Shown: positions 11,093 to 20,756, counted from the first letter of the stretch. The stretch: 52,606 bases of DNA from an uncultured Gammaproteobacteria bacterium (GCA_964433095.1 CAYSPW010000005.1:1-52606); one strand, 5' to 3'. Translations and numbers: made by a program. Notes: generated by a model not told the origin, from the letters alone.

Positions 11093-11638
11093 ATGTCCAG
11101 AATTGGAAAACATACAATTCAAATTCCTTCGGAAGTAACGGTGGAGCTTAAAGATGGGCAAATCAAAGTGAAGGGCCCGAAAGGAGAATTGAAACGAGAC
11201 ATACACCCTTTGGTCATGGTTGAGATTAATGATCAAGAAATTAATGTCAAAGTGACTAATGAAGAGGACAAAAAGGAAAGATCGTTATGGGGTACGTTCG
11301 GGTCGCATATCAAAAATATGGTACAAGGTGTGAGTGAAGGATTTGGGAAGCAATTGGAAGTGAACGGTGTTGGCTACAAAGTTGCTCTGCAGGGAAAAGA
11401 TTTAAAGCTGGATGTCGGTTATTCGCATCCGGTGATTTACAAGGTGCCGGAACAAGTGCGGGCCGGTGTGGAAAAGAATCAAATCATTTTGGAGAGCGCG
11501 GATAAGGAAATTCTTGGCCGAGTGGCTGCTGAAATTCGTTCCATCAAAAAGCCGGAACCATACAAAGGCAAAGGTATTAAATATACGGATGAAGTGATTA
11601 GAAGAAAAGCGGGCAAGGCCGCTAAAACCGCCGCTTAA
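11093..11638 (+). CDS. rplF: 50S ribosomal protein L6
   Basis: MSRIGK, KGPKGEL, PEPYKGKGI. Confidence 0.99.
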   Translation: MSRIGKHTIQIPSEVTVELKDGQIKVKGPKGELKRDIHPLVMVEINDQEINVKVTNEEDKKERSLWGTFGSHIKNMVQGVSEGFGKQLEVNGVGYKVALQGKDLKLDVGYSHPVIYKVPEQVRAGVEKNQIILESADKEILGRVAAEIRSIKKPEPYKGKGIKYTDEVIRRKAGKAAKTAA

Positions 11639-11652
11639 TTAAACGAATCATT

Positions 11653-12033
11653 ATGGCAACAGATAAAATAAAGGAAAAAAGAAAAAAATTTAAGCTGCGC
11701 CAGCGTCGGTCAAGAGCGGGTATGGTTGGCACGGCCGAAAGACCGCGTCTGAGCGTGCACCGCAGCTTGAACGGACTTTATCTCCAGCTGATAGACGATC
11801 AGAACATGAAAACGCTTTTTAGCGTGAATTCAAAAAAAGATTTGACTAAAAAATCAGATGCCGGAGAGCGGCAGGCAAAAATAGCGCAAGCATATCTGCT
11901 CGGTAAAGCGTTGGCCGAAAAAGCGGTTAAAGGCGGCATCAGCCGGATTGTTTTTGACAGATCAGGCCACAAGTACCATGGTCGTGTGAGAGCGGCAGCC
12001 GAAGGAACGCGTGACGGCGGATTAAATTTTTAA
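11653..12033 (+). CDS. rplR: 50S ribosomal protein L18
   Basis: ERPRLSVHRS, VFDRSGHKYHGRV. Confidence 0.98.
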   Translation: MATDKIKEKRKKFKLRQRRSRAGMVGTAERPRLSVHRSLNGLYLQLIDDQNMKTLFSVNSKKDLTKKSDAGERQAKIAQAYLLGKALAEKAVKGGISRIVFDRSGHKYHGRVRAAAEGTRDGGLNF

Positions 12034-12044
12034 GATAAATTATT

Positions 12045-12659
12045 ATGGTACAGCACAAAGGCAGAGGCAAATTCAAGAGGAAACGCGAAAAACCGGAGTT
12101 TGATCAACAGATCGTTGATTTGGCGCGCGTTACCAGAGTGACCAAGGGCGGTAAACAGCTCAGCTTTCGCGCCTGCGTAGTGATTGGCGATCGTAAAGGC
12201 AGGGTTGGTTTTGGTATTGATAAAGGAAAAGACGTACAAGGCGCGGTTGAAAAAGCGCTAAATCGAGCCAAAAAGAATTTAATCAGAGTACCGATTGTCA
12301 ACCAGACCATACCGCACAGAGTAGATGCCAAATATGGCGCGGCCAAAGTGATGATTAAGCCGGCGCCAAAAGGGTCGGGCGTGATCGCCGGCAGTTCCGT
12401 GCGCACCGTGCTGGAATTGGCCGGGATAGCCAATGCTTCGGCCAAGATTCTAGGCAAAACCAATAACAAGATAAATAATGTTAAAGCCGCTTTTGTATGC
12501 CTGCAGTCTTTTTTGTCAAAAGCCAAGGAAAAAGTCAGTATCAGTCAACGTAAAGAAAGTTTAAAGCGCGAGAGTAGAATTAATAAAGACAAGATAAAAA
12601 TGGTGGAGCAAAAAACGGAAAAGAAAAATAATTTAAAAAAAGACGATAAAGTAAATTAA
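12045..12659 (+). CDS. rpsE: 30S ribosomal protein S5
   Basis: RVTRVTKGGK, KPAPKGSGVIAG; about 45-aa basic tail. Confidence 0.98.
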   Translation: MVQHKGRGKFKRKREKPEFDQQIVDLARVTRVTKGGKQLSFRACVVIGDRKGRVGFGIDKGKDVQGAVEKALNRAKKNLIRVPIVNQTIPHRVDAKYGAAKVMIKPAPKGSGVIAGSSVRTVLELAGIANASAKILGKTNNKINNVKAAFVCLQSFLSKAKEKVSISQRKESLKRESRINKDKIKMVEQKTEKKNNLKKDDKVN

Positions 12660-12666
12660 GGCTATT

Positions 12667-13110
12667 ATGACAGTTGAATTACATAAAATCAAATCATCGC
12701 CGAGCAGAAAAACAAGAAAAAAAAGAGTGGGGCGCGGTAATGCTTCGGGCAAAGGTACTTATGCCGGACGGGGCTTGAAAGGTCAGCGCGCCAGATCCGG
12801 AGGTAAGAGCGGAACAAAGCTGCGCGGTTTTAAGCAATCTTTGCAAAAAATACCCAAAGTAAAAGGCTTTAAAAGTTTAAAACCAAAGCGCGAAACGGTT
12901 AGTTTGGAAAAGTTGAATAAATATTTTACCGACGGAGGTTTGGTTACTCCCGCTATTTTGAAGAAAAAAGGCCTGATCAGCCGGCCGCGAAACGGAGTAA
13001 AGATTGTTGGCAGCGGCAAATTGGACAAAAAATTAACCATCAAGGGTTGTATTGCTAGCAAAAAAGCGGTAGAATTAATTGAGAAAAAAGGTGGAAAAAT
13101 AATATATTAA
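12667..13110 (+). CDS. rplO: 50S ribosomal protein L15
   Basis: RVGRGNASGKGTYAGRGLKGQRARSG. Confidence 0.98.
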   Translation: MTVELHKIKSSPSRKTRKKRVGRGNASGKGTYAGRGLKGQRARSGGKSGTKLRGFKQSLQKIPKVKGFKSLKPKRETVSLEKLNKYFTDGGLVTPAILKKKGLISRPRNGVKIVGSGKLDKKLTIKGCIASKKAVELIEKKGGKIIY

Positions 13111-13153
13111 AATTTTGTCCGTATTTAAGTAACTTGTTTTTTTCCGGTCTTTT

Positions 13154-14425
13154 ATGTGGGAAAAGTTTAGAAGAATTTTAAAAATAAAAGATTTGCGCAA
13201 TCGCATCCTCTTTGTTTTGGGGATGCTTGTTATTTTCAGGGCGGCGGCACATGTACCGATACCGGGCGTAAACGTGGAGAATCTGCGTCGATTTTTGGAA
13301 GGCAATCAAATACTGGGCTTGTTGAATATATTTTCCGGCGGCACCATGGAAAATTTTTCCGTGGTCATGCTCGGCGTGGCGCCATACATCACCGCTTCCA
13401 TTATTTTTCAGCTATTGACCATGGTGGTGCCCAAATTGGAAGAGCTGCAAAAAGAGGGGGAGTCGGGACAGCAGAAGATCAGCATGTATACAAGGCTGGC
13501 TACCGTGCCGCTTGCGGTTATGCAGGCTTTTGCCATGATCAAGCTTTTGAATCAATCGCAGTTTGATATCCTTGGCATTCTGGATCCCTTCAAGCTCGCT
13601 TCCATTATCATTACCATTACGGCCGGCACAATATTTTTAATGTGGATCGGAGAATTGATCAGTGAAAAAGGAGTGGGCAACGGCATATCATTGCTCATTT
13701 TTGCCGGCATCATCGCCGCTCTTCCGGGAGCGGTGCAAAACGCGATCGTTAATTATAATCCGGCGGATTTGTACACATATATTTTGTTTATGGCCGTGGC
13801 CATCATTACGGTTGTGGCCGTGGTAATAATTTCCGAAGGGCAGCGCAATATTCCGATCAGCTATGCCAAACAGATCAGGGGAAGCCGCATCGGCGGTGGC
13901 GCCAAGAGCCACTTGCCACTCAGGGTAAACATGGCCGGTGTTATACCGATCATTTTTGCCATTTCCATTGTGATAGTTCCATCCATGGTGGCTCAGTTTT
14001 TTGTCAATAGTGGCGGATTGACCGGAGCCGCAGCCAATGGCGTGGTAAATCTGTTCGCCAATCAAATATTTTACGGCGTGCTGTATTTTTTATTGGTTTT
14101 CGGTTTTACATATTTCTATACGGCGGTAATTTTCCATCCGCAAAAAATTGCCGAGAATTTACAAAGGCAAGGCGCGTTCATACCAGGCATAAGACCGGGA
14201 AGACAGACCGAGCAATATCTGCAGAAAACAATGAACAGGCTGGTATTTGTCGGCGCGCTGTTTTTAGGCCTTATTGCCGTGCTACCTCTTATGTTGCAGG
14301 CCGTCACTCAATCGCAGTCACTGGTGATCGGCGGTACCAGTCTGCTAATTGTGGTGAGCGTAGCCATCGAAAGCGCCAAGCAAATTGACGCGCAGATTAC
14401 CATGCATGAATACGATCGGGTGTAA
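13154..14425 (+). CDS. secY: Preprotein translocase SecY
   Basis: LGVAPYITASII, GVGNGISLLIFAGI, IPGIRPG, GGTSLLIVV. Confidence 0.99.
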   Translation: MWEKFRRILKIKDLRNRILFVLGMLVIFRAAAHVPIPGVNVENLRRFLEGNQILGLLNIFSGGTMENFSVVMLGVAPYITASIIFQLLTMVVPKLEELQKEGESGQQKISMYTRLATVPLAVMQAFAMIKLLNQSQFDILGILDPFKLASIIITITAGTIFLMWIGELISEKGVGNGISLLIFAGIIAALPGAVQNAIVNYNPADLYTYILFMAVAIITVVAVVIISEGQRNIPISYAKQIRGSRIGGGAKSHLPLRVNMAGVIPIIFAISIVIVPSMVAQFFVNSGGLTGAAANGVVNLFANQIFYGVLYFLLVFGFTYFYTAVIFHPQKIAENLQRQGAFIPGIRPGRQTEQYLQKTMNRLVFVGALFLGLIAVLPLMLQAVTQSQSLVIGGTSLLIVVSVAIESAKQIDAQITMHEYDRV

Positions 14426-14448
14426 TCTTTTACTAAAGAAAAATTTTT

Positions 14449-15114
14449 ATGAAGAAAATAGTTATTTTGTTGGGTGCTCCCGGTTCGGGAAAGGGAACAC
14501 AAGCCAAGATTATTGCTTCCAAATACGATTATACTCATATTTCCACCGGAGATCTTTTGCGTGGTTTGGAGCAAGATTCTGATGTCGATCCGCAAGATAA
14601 AGCCATGCTTGAAAACATGAAAACCGGCAAATTAGTGCCGGACGATCTGGTTTACAAATTGGCGTTTGAAAAAATCAGAGCCGGTTTGACTTCAGGACGG
14701 GGGGTGGTACTGGATGGTGCTATTAGGAATGTTACACAGGCGGAAAAATACCAAGAATTTTTTGAACAGCTCGGCTATGCCGATGAGGTGTCGGTATTGG
14801 AAATCAGAATTTCCGATCAGACCAGCTTCAATCGTCTGGCCAAGCGCAAAGTATGCGAAAGATGCGGATATATTATGCCTTACAGTCCGGAAACCGAGAA
14901 TTTGAAAAATTGCCCTCATTGTACGGGCAGGCTGAAAAGCAGACAAGACGACAAGCCGGAAATAATTAAAAAAAGAATCCGCGAGCAGGGCAACCAAGCA
15001 CTGGCTCCATTGGTTAAGTTTTATCGGGATAAAGGATTGTTGCGGGTAATTGACGGTGAACGGTCCATTTCTCAAGTGGAAAAAGAGGTTGAGAAAAAAT
15101 TGGAAAACGTTTAA
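14449..15114 (+). CDS. adk: Adenylate kinase (Zn-binding LID)
   Basis: GAPGSGKGTQ, HISTGDLLR, CERC...CPHC LID. Confidence 0.96.
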   Translation: MKKIVILLGAPGSGKGTQAKIIASKYDYTHISTGDLLRGLEQDSDVDPQDKAMLENMKTGKLVPDDLVYKLAFEKIRAGLTSGRGVVLDGAIRNVTQAEKYQEFFEQLGYADEVSVLEIRISDQTSFNRLAKRKVCERCGYIMPYSPETENLKNCPHCTGRLKSRQDDKPEIIKKRIREQGNQALAPLVKFYRDKGLLRVIDGERSISQVEKEVEKKLENV

Positions 15115-15140
15115 TAAATTAATTTCTTACCTGGTTATTA

Positions 15141-15172
15141 AAGCCCATTCCTGAGGAATGGGCTTTTCTTTT
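15141..15172. terminator. Likely bidirectional terminator between adk and the convergent tgt unit
   Basis: AAGCCCATTCC-TGA-GGAATGGGCTT stem with T-rich tail. Confidence 0.8.
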
Positions 15173-15175
15173 CAA

Positions 15176-15268
15176 CTAGATCAGGGATTCTTCCCAGCCG
15201 AGCAGTCGAAACAACTCGAATATTCCTTTAATGATTAGTCCGGCCAGTAATTGGTGCAAAGAACTCAT
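15176..15268 (-). CDS. Putative 30-aa hydrophobic/amphipathic peptide MSSLHQLLAGLIIKGIFELFRLLGWEESLI (not in ORF track)
   Basis: ATG at 15268 preceded by AGAAAGGAGG, a 10-nt match to this genome's 16S tail; lies between the tgt stop and the terminator. Confidence 0.6.
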   Translation of the reverse strand: MSSLHQLLAGLIIKGIFELFRLLGWEESLI

Positions 15269-15283
15269 TTGATCCTCCTTTCT

Positions 15284-16462
15284 TTAATTCAACCCCCTTG
15301 TTTTTTTAAACCGCAGAAACCTGTCTTCACGGATTGATTGTCTGGCTTGCGTCATCAACTCTGTTAAAAAGAATAAATTATGAATGGTGGCCAAACGGTA
15401 AGCAAGCAGCTCGCCGGCGTTGAATAAATGATGGATATAGCTTCTGGAAAAATTGGAACAGCTGTAGCAGCCGCAGTGAGGATCGACCGGCCGGCCGTCT
15501 TTTTTAAATTTCGCGTTTGTAATATTTATTTTCATTTTTTTGGATAATCTCGGCTCTACGAACAGAGTGCCGTTTCTGGCGATTCTGCTCGGAGATACGC
15601 AGTCAAACATGTCCACTCCTCTTTCAATCATCTGCAGTAAATCGGTGGGTGAATTACCAACGCCCATGGTGTAGAGCGGCTTTTGTTTGGGCACAAGCGG
15701 TGTTATCCAATCCAGTATTTTTTTTGTGTTTTCCATATCATGGCCGATTGATTCGCCGCCAACGGCAATGCCATCGAAGTCAAGTTCGGATATGAAGCGG
15801 GCCGATTGCCGGCGCAAGTCGCGGAAGCGTGAACCTTGTATTATGCCGAACAGATATTGGCGGTAGCCATGATGTTTTTTGTTCTTGTCATGTTCTAGCA
15901 AACAGCGTTCGGCCCAGCCGTGAGTTCTATCCATTGCCGCGATAGCGTATGGTTTATCAATTTTATCGGGCGCGCATTCGTCAAATGCCATAATTATGTC
16001 AGCACCGATTTTGTGTTGCATTCTAATGGCGCTCTCCGGAGTAAAGCGGTGCGTGGAGCCGTCAATATGTGATTTAAAGCTGACCCCGTTTTTGTCAATT
16101 TTAACCAAGCTTCCTTGCTGTTCGTTGTTTTTTGAACGAATTACACGCTTGGATTGCCCTAGAGAAAACACCTGAAACCCACCGCTATCGGTCAGTATCG
16201 GCTTGTTCCAGTTCATGAATTTATGTAAGCCGCGAAAATTGTTAATGATTTTTTCTCCCGGGCGCAAATGCAGGTGGTAAGTATTCGCCAAAATAATTTG
16301 CGCTTGAATGTCACGCAGGTCATTGCCGTCCAAGCTTTTGACAGTCGCTTGGGTGCCCACCGGCATAAAAACCGGCGTTTCAATATTTCCGTGTTCGGTA
16401 TGAATAATGCCGCATCTGGCAGAGCACCGGCTTGATTTATGTTTAATGGAAAAAAAATTCAT
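15284..16462 (-). CDS. tgt: tRNA-guanine(34) transglycosylase
   Basis: TPVFMPVGT, LANTYHL, TDSGGFQVFSL, DMFDCV, CGCYSC...HN zinc site. Confidence 0.97.
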   Translation of the reverse strand: MNFFSIKHKSSRCSARCGIIHTEHGNIETPVFMPVGTQATVKSLDGNDLRDIQAQIILANTYHLHLRPGEKIINNFRGLHKFMNWNKPILTDSGGFQVFSLGQSKRVIRSKNNEQQGSLVKIDKNGVSFKSHIDGSTHRFTPESAIRMQHKIGADIIMAFDECAPDKIDKPYAIAAMDRTHGWAERCLLEHDKNKKHHGYRQYLFGIIQGSRFRDLRRQSARFISELDFDGIAVGGESIGHDMENTKKILDWITPLVPKQKPLYTMGVGNSPTDLLQMIERGVDMFDCVSPSRIARNGTLFVEPRLSKKMKINITNAKFKKDGRPVDPHCGCYSCSNFSRSYIHHLFNAGELLAYRLATIHNLFFLTELMTQARQSIREDRFLRFKKTRGLN

Positions 16463-16527
16463 AAGATTTGTACTGCAATTTTAGCTTATTTTGCCAAACT
16501 AATCAATATTCGCTAAACTAACAAAAA

Positions 16528-18555
16528 ATGAGAAATATGATAGATTTCAAAAAACAACTCAACCGGCAACAATACAGGGTGGTAAATCAAGGCGACGGTC
16601 CTTGTCTGGTTCTGGCCGGTGCCGGTAGCGGCAAGACCAGGGTGATTACCTACCGAGTGGCCTATTTACTTCAAAACGGCCTGTCGGCGGGAAATATATT
16701 GTTGGTAACATTCACCAATAAAGCGGCCGCGGAAATGATTGAACGAGTCCAGACGCTGACCGGTGGTAAAATACGCCTGCCATGGTCCGGCACTTTTCAT
16801 CATATCGGGTATAGTATCTTGAGGCGCTATGCTCCGGTTTTAGGCTATCGGCGTAATTTTTCAATTTTAGATTCTCAAGACAGTCGTGATTTGTTGAAAA
16901 TATGCCTTAAGCTGGAAGGGATAGACAGAACACAAAGACGTTTTCCATCGGACAAAATTATACAAAACATCTTAAGTTATGCCAGAAACGCGGAAATTTC
17001 CATAACCGATGTTTTGGAGGTCAAATATCCCAAATGGCTGGATTTTTCCGATTCCATCTCCAGAATCGGGCAAGAATATGGCAAGCGGAAAAAACAGGCC
17101 AATGCCATGGATTTTGATGACTTGCTTGTTAATTTGTACATACTTTTGCTTAAGTCATCCGGTGTCAGAGAAAAATTCGCTCGTCGGTTTGAATATGTCT
17201 TGGTGGACGAATACCAAGATACCAACAAAATTCAAGCCTCTATCATTAATCTATTTTCTTGTTATCACCATAATCTTTTGGTGGTGGGCGATGACGCACA
17301 AAGCATTTATTCATTCCGTGCCGCCAATATTCAAAATATCCTTGATTTTGAAAAAAAATACCCCCGCGCAAGAATTTTCAAGCTGGAAACCAATTATCGC
17401 TCCACACCGGAAATATTATCCGTGGCCAATCAAGTAATTTCCAATAACCGCAATCAGTATGAAAAAAATTTGAAAAGCGTGATCCGGCCTTTTGTCCGTC
17501 CGGAAGTGAAAGCTTTTGCCGACCAAAACGAAGAAGCGGAATTTGTGGCCGAGCGCGTTCTGGAGCTGCGGGACGAGGGCGTGGATTTGAATTCTATAGC
17601 GGTTTTGTTCAGGGCCGCTTTTCATTCCCAGGCTTTGGAAATGGAGTTATCCAAAAGAGATATACCGTACGATTATCGGGGCGGGGTACGCTTTTTTGAG
17701 CGCGCTCACATCAAAGATGTATTATCCTATCTTAGAATACTAAATAATAAACAGGACGCAATCGCTTGGAGTAGAATTTTAAACATGCAGACCGGAATCG
17801 GGCCGGTGGGAGCGGAAAATATCATGGAAAAAATCAAACAAATGGTTAATATTGACGATATTGCGGAGTTCTTGGGAGCGCGAGCGCAAATTGGGTGGAA
17901 TAATTTTTTGCAAATTTGGCGGCGGCTTGAAAAAAAGAGTAAAGACGAGGAAGAAAAGCCGGCCGATCTGGTGGAGGCCATGCTGGAATCAAAATACGTG
18001 GATTATCTTGAATCTGAATATCCGGATTACCGGGAAAGAATACAAGACATTGAACAGCTGGCCGTTTTTGCCCGACTACAAAAAAATCTTAATTCTTTTT
18101 TGGCCCAAGCCAGTCTGCAGGAAAGCTACGCTTCCAATCAAGTAAAATCCGATTCCAGTCATTGTGATAAAGAAAAAATCATCCTCTCCACCGTTCACCA
18201 GGCCAAAGGATTGGAATGGGAAGCGGTTTTTCTAATCAATTTGGCGGCCGGACAGTTTCCCAATGAAAGAGCGCGTCAAGAAGGCGGACTGGAAGAAGAA
18301 CGCCGTCTATTCTACGTTGCCATCACCAGGGCGAAAAAATATCTGCATTTGACCTATCCGATCGTGGGGGGAGTAAGCGGCTATCCGCAGGGACAGAGTT
18401 TGTTTTTGGAGGAACTGTCGTCCGATTTGATTGACAGCTATGAACTCGGAGAAGAAACCGTATTCTCTGATCCGAGCGACGATGTGGACGATATTGTTTA
18501 TGAGCCGATTGATCAACAAAAAAAAGGATTTTTAAAAAGTATCGACCGGCTTTGA
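16528..18555 (+). CDS. UvrD/PcrA/Rep family ATP-dependent DNA helicase
   Basis: AGAGSGKT, LVDEYQDTN, VGDDAQSIYSFR, NYRS, STVHQAKGLEW, EERRLFYVAITRA. Confidence 0.96.
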   Translation: MRNMIDFKKQLNRQQYRVVNQGDGPCLVLAGAGSGKTRVITYRVAYLLQNGLSAGNILLVTFTNKAAAEMIERVQTLTGGKIRLPWSGTFHHIGYSILRRYAPVLGYRRNFSILDSQDSRDLLKICLKLEGIDRTQRRFPSDKIIQNILSYARNAEISITDVLEVKYPKWLDFSDSISRIGQEYGKRKKQANAMDFDDLLVNLYILLLKSSGVREKFARRFEYVLVDEYQDTNKIQASIINLFSCYHHNLLVVGDDAQSIYSFRAANIQNILDFEKKYPRARIFKLETNYRSTPEILSVANQVISNNRNQYEKNLKSVIRPFVRPEVKAFADQNEEAEFVAERVLELRDEGVDLNSIAVLFRAAFHSQALEMELSKRDIPYDYRGGVRFFERAHIKDVLSYLRILNNKQDAIAWSRILNMQTGIGPVGAENIMEKIKQMVNIDDIAEFLGARAQIGWNNFLQIWRRLEKKSKDEEEKPADLVEAMLESKYVDYLESEYPDYRERIQDIEQLAVFARLQKNLNSFLAQASLQESYASNQVKSDSSHCDKEKIILSTVHQAKGLEWEAVFLINLAAGQFPNERARQEGGLEEERRLFYVAITRAKKYLHLTYPIVGGVSGYPQGQSLFLEELSSDLIDSYELGEETVFSDPSDDVDDIVYEPIDQQKKGFLKSIDRL

Positions 18556-18563
18556 ATCATCGG

Positions 18564-18592
18564 TTGACTAGTTGTTGAATTTTGAATATAAT
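18564..18592 (+). promoter_or_regulatory. Sigma70 promoter of ndk
   Basis: TTGACT-17 nt-TATAAT. Confidence 0.75.
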
Positions 18593-18627
18593 GGGGCAAA
18601 CTTGTTAATAATTAATTTTATTTGCTT

Positions 18628-19107
18628 ATGGATTTTGTAGGAGTACGTGAAAAAAGTTTACTCATACTGAAGCCGGACGCCGTACAAAGGGGTTTGGTCG
18701 GCGAGATTTTAAAGAGGTTGGAAATGAAAGGTTTGAAGATTGTCGGACTAAAAATGATGATACTGGATACGGAAAAGTTGAGGGAGCATTACGCTCATCA
18801 TGTTGAAAAACCGTTTTATCCGAGATTGGAAGGTTTCATGAAATCATCGCCTGTGGTGGCGGTATGCGCCGAAGGTAAAAACGCGGTAGCGGCCATTCGC
18901 TTGATTGCCGGGGTGACTCATGCCGGCGAGGCCGATGGCGGAACCATACGGGGAGATTTGGCCATGGGGATGTGCAATGTGGTACACTGCTCGGATTCGG
19001 TGGAAACGGCCAAAGCCGAAGTGGACAGATTTTTTTCCGGAAATGAAATATTCGATTATGACAAAACCGAGTTTATGCATGTATACATGGAAGATGAGAG
19101 GGAGTAG
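18628..19107 (+). CDS. ndk: Nucleoside diphosphate kinase
   Basis: KPDAVQRGLVGEI, GTIRGD, NVVHCSDS. Confidence 0.97.
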   Translation: MDFVGVREKSLLILKPDAVQRGLVGEILKRLEMKGLKIVGLKMMILDTEKLREHYAHHVEKPFYPRLEGFMKSSPVVAVCAEGKNAVAAIRLIAGVTHAGEADGGTIRGDLAMGMCNVVHCSDSVETAKAEVDRFFSGNEIFDYDKTEFMHVYMEDERE

Positions 19108-19123
19108 CAGTAAAAAAATGAAA

Positions 19124-19153
19124 GAAGGGCTCGCCGCGAAGGCGGGCTTTATT
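19124..19153 (+). terminator. Terminator after ndk
   Basis: GGGCTCGCC-GCGAA-GGCGGGCTT hairpin plus T-rich tail. Confidence 0.6.
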
Positions 19154-19195
19154 GTGGATAAATCTGTTGACACTATGTTAATGTTTTAGTACAGT
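19153..19195 (+). promoter_or_regulatory. Consensus DnaA box adjacent to a sigma70 promoter
   Basis: TGTGGATAA (19153-19161, reverse complement of TTATCCACA), then TTGACA-17 nt-TACAGT (19167-19195). Confidence 0.55.
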
Positions 19196-19201
19196 AAAAC
19201 A

Positions 19202-19412
19202 ATAGAATATATATGCATAAATTAATCGTCACAATCAAGCATCTGCCGTTTAACCTTTCGTGGAAGGTCGGTTTTAGGTTGTTCGTATTGATCGCATCCA
19301 TTTATCCGACATTAGGGATGGTCTATGCGTATAAGCAAATGAAGACATGAGAATAAAATATTAGTCTTGAACGCGACAAACCATCCACCGGATAAATGTG
19401 GATGGTTTTTTT
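19202..19412 (+). ncRNA. Candidate stand-alone ~210-nt transcript (structured ncRNA/riboswitch, or 45-aa sORF 19213-19350)
   Basis: Bounded by a promoter and a terminator AAACCATCCAC/GTGGATGGTTT-T run (19378-19412); several internal helices. Confidence 0.4.
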
Positions 19413-19517
19413 AAAAGGTTTTAAATGTTTAATTATCCTTTGCTGACAGTAAATATTGTCAGGAGAGGGGAATTAAAAAATTGCGAACGGCAAGTTCTTT
19501 TGACAAGGAGGTTAAAC

Positions 19518-19727
19518 ATGTCTATCAGACGGGGAGCTTACCAAGTATGGTCCGAACAGATTGATCAATTTAAAAATAGAATTGATCATTGTGAAGACTG
19601 TTTGTTGCGGGCATGGGAAGAGGGTGATAAAAATATCGCCCGGCAGCTGGAACACCGGTTGCGGACCTTGGAAGCCGGGAAGGAAGCCGTCTATTTCTCC
19701 ATGGAGAATACGATCGGTTCCACATAA
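19518..19727 (+). CDS. Small hypothetical helical/coiled-coil protein (69 aa)
   Basis: AAGGAGG SD 6 nt before ATG 19518; followed by hairpin 19728-19770. Confidence 0.65.
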   Translation: MSIRRGAYQVWSEQIDQFKNRIDHCEDCLLRAWEEGDKNIARQLEHRLRTLEAGKEAVYFSMENTIGST

Positions 19728-19779
19728 GCCCTTCAGTGAAAAAGGCGCAGTCGCCTTTGAACTGGAGGGCCTGCGCAAC

Positions 19780-19808
19780 TTGCATAAAACCGGCTATTGT
19801 TATACAAT
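19780..19808 (+). promoter_or_regulatory. Promoter for amidotransferase gene
   Basis: TTGCAT-17 nt-TACAAT. Confidence 0.55.
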
Positions 19809-19883
19809 CCGTTGTATGCAAATTGCGCGGCATGAAAAATATCGCACAATTTAGCTATTAATTCAATGATAAAAAAATAAATT

Positions 19884-20672
19884 ATGGCCGAATCCAGGCA
19901 TAAGAAGATTTATATAATTCAATTTAGAACCGACGCTTCGCTAAAGCATGAACAGGACTGTTATGTGGAAGAATTGGAGGGCAAGAATATTGAACCGGCT
20001 TTCATTAACGCCGTGGCCGGAGAATTGCCGGAAACCGTGCCCGACGACGCCGTCGCCATCATAATGGGCGGAAGCGGACAATATTATTTAAGTGAACAAG
20101 AAATTGTGAATAAAAAATGGATACGAGATACCATAGAATTTGCCGATCAAGTAATAAATAAAGAGATTCCATTACTAGGTGTCTGCTATGGCGGACATTT
20201 GCTTTCTTACCTGCAAGGAGCGGATTTGACTGATGATGAAACCACGCGGGAAGTGGGCACTTTCAAGCTAACACTTTTGCCGGACGCGGCTCGCGATCCG
20301 CTCTTTTCCCGACTTGAACATACTTTTAAAGCGCAGTTGGGGCATAAAACCACGCCGATCAATTTGCCCGCGCGTCTGGCGCGCCTCGCTCGCAGCGAGC
20401 GCGTGGCATGCCAAGCTTTCCGAGTGGGGGATAAGCCGGCCTGGGCCGTAATGTTCCATCCCGAGCTTAACCAAGAACGCATGAGGACAAGATTGAATCT
20501 TTTTCCCGAGTACGTTCCCAAAGGGATGACTTTGGAAGAATTGCTTAAAGATTTTGAGGATACGCCGGAAGCGGCCAAATTACTGCAATTGTTTGTGGAT
20601 TATGCCATCGGTCGGGCTGACAAAAAAACATCGGCCATGGAAGCGGAGATTGAACTGTCTGTGGTTCATTAA
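19884..20672 (+). CDS. Class I glutamine amidotransferase-like protein (possible gamma-glutamyl hydrolase)
   Basis: IIMGGSG, nucleophile elbow LGVCYGGH, MFHPE (Cys-His-Glu triad); no synthetase domain. Confidence 0.88.
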   Translation: MAESRHKKIYIIQFRTDASLKHEQDCYVEELEGKNIEPAFINAVAGELPETVPDDAVAIIMGGSGQYYLSEQEIVNKKWIRDTIEFADQVINKEIPLLGVCYGGHLLSYLQGADLTDDETTREVGTFKLTLLPDAARDPLFSRLEHTFKAQLGHKTTPINLPARLARLARSERVACQAFRVGDKPAWAVMFHPELNQERMRTRLNLFPEYVPKGMTLEELLKDFEDTPEAAKLLQLFVDYAIGRADKKTSAMEAEIELSVVH

Positions 20673-20756
20673 AAAACTGTCTTACCCGTTTAGGGATTAA
20701 TTAAAAAAATTAATTTTTGTACGGGCAAGACAACACAATAACGGATTAATCGTGCC

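Noticed and set aside
19153-19161. Replication origin
   Set aside because: Only one perfect DnaA box; no box cluster and no dnaA/dnaN nearby
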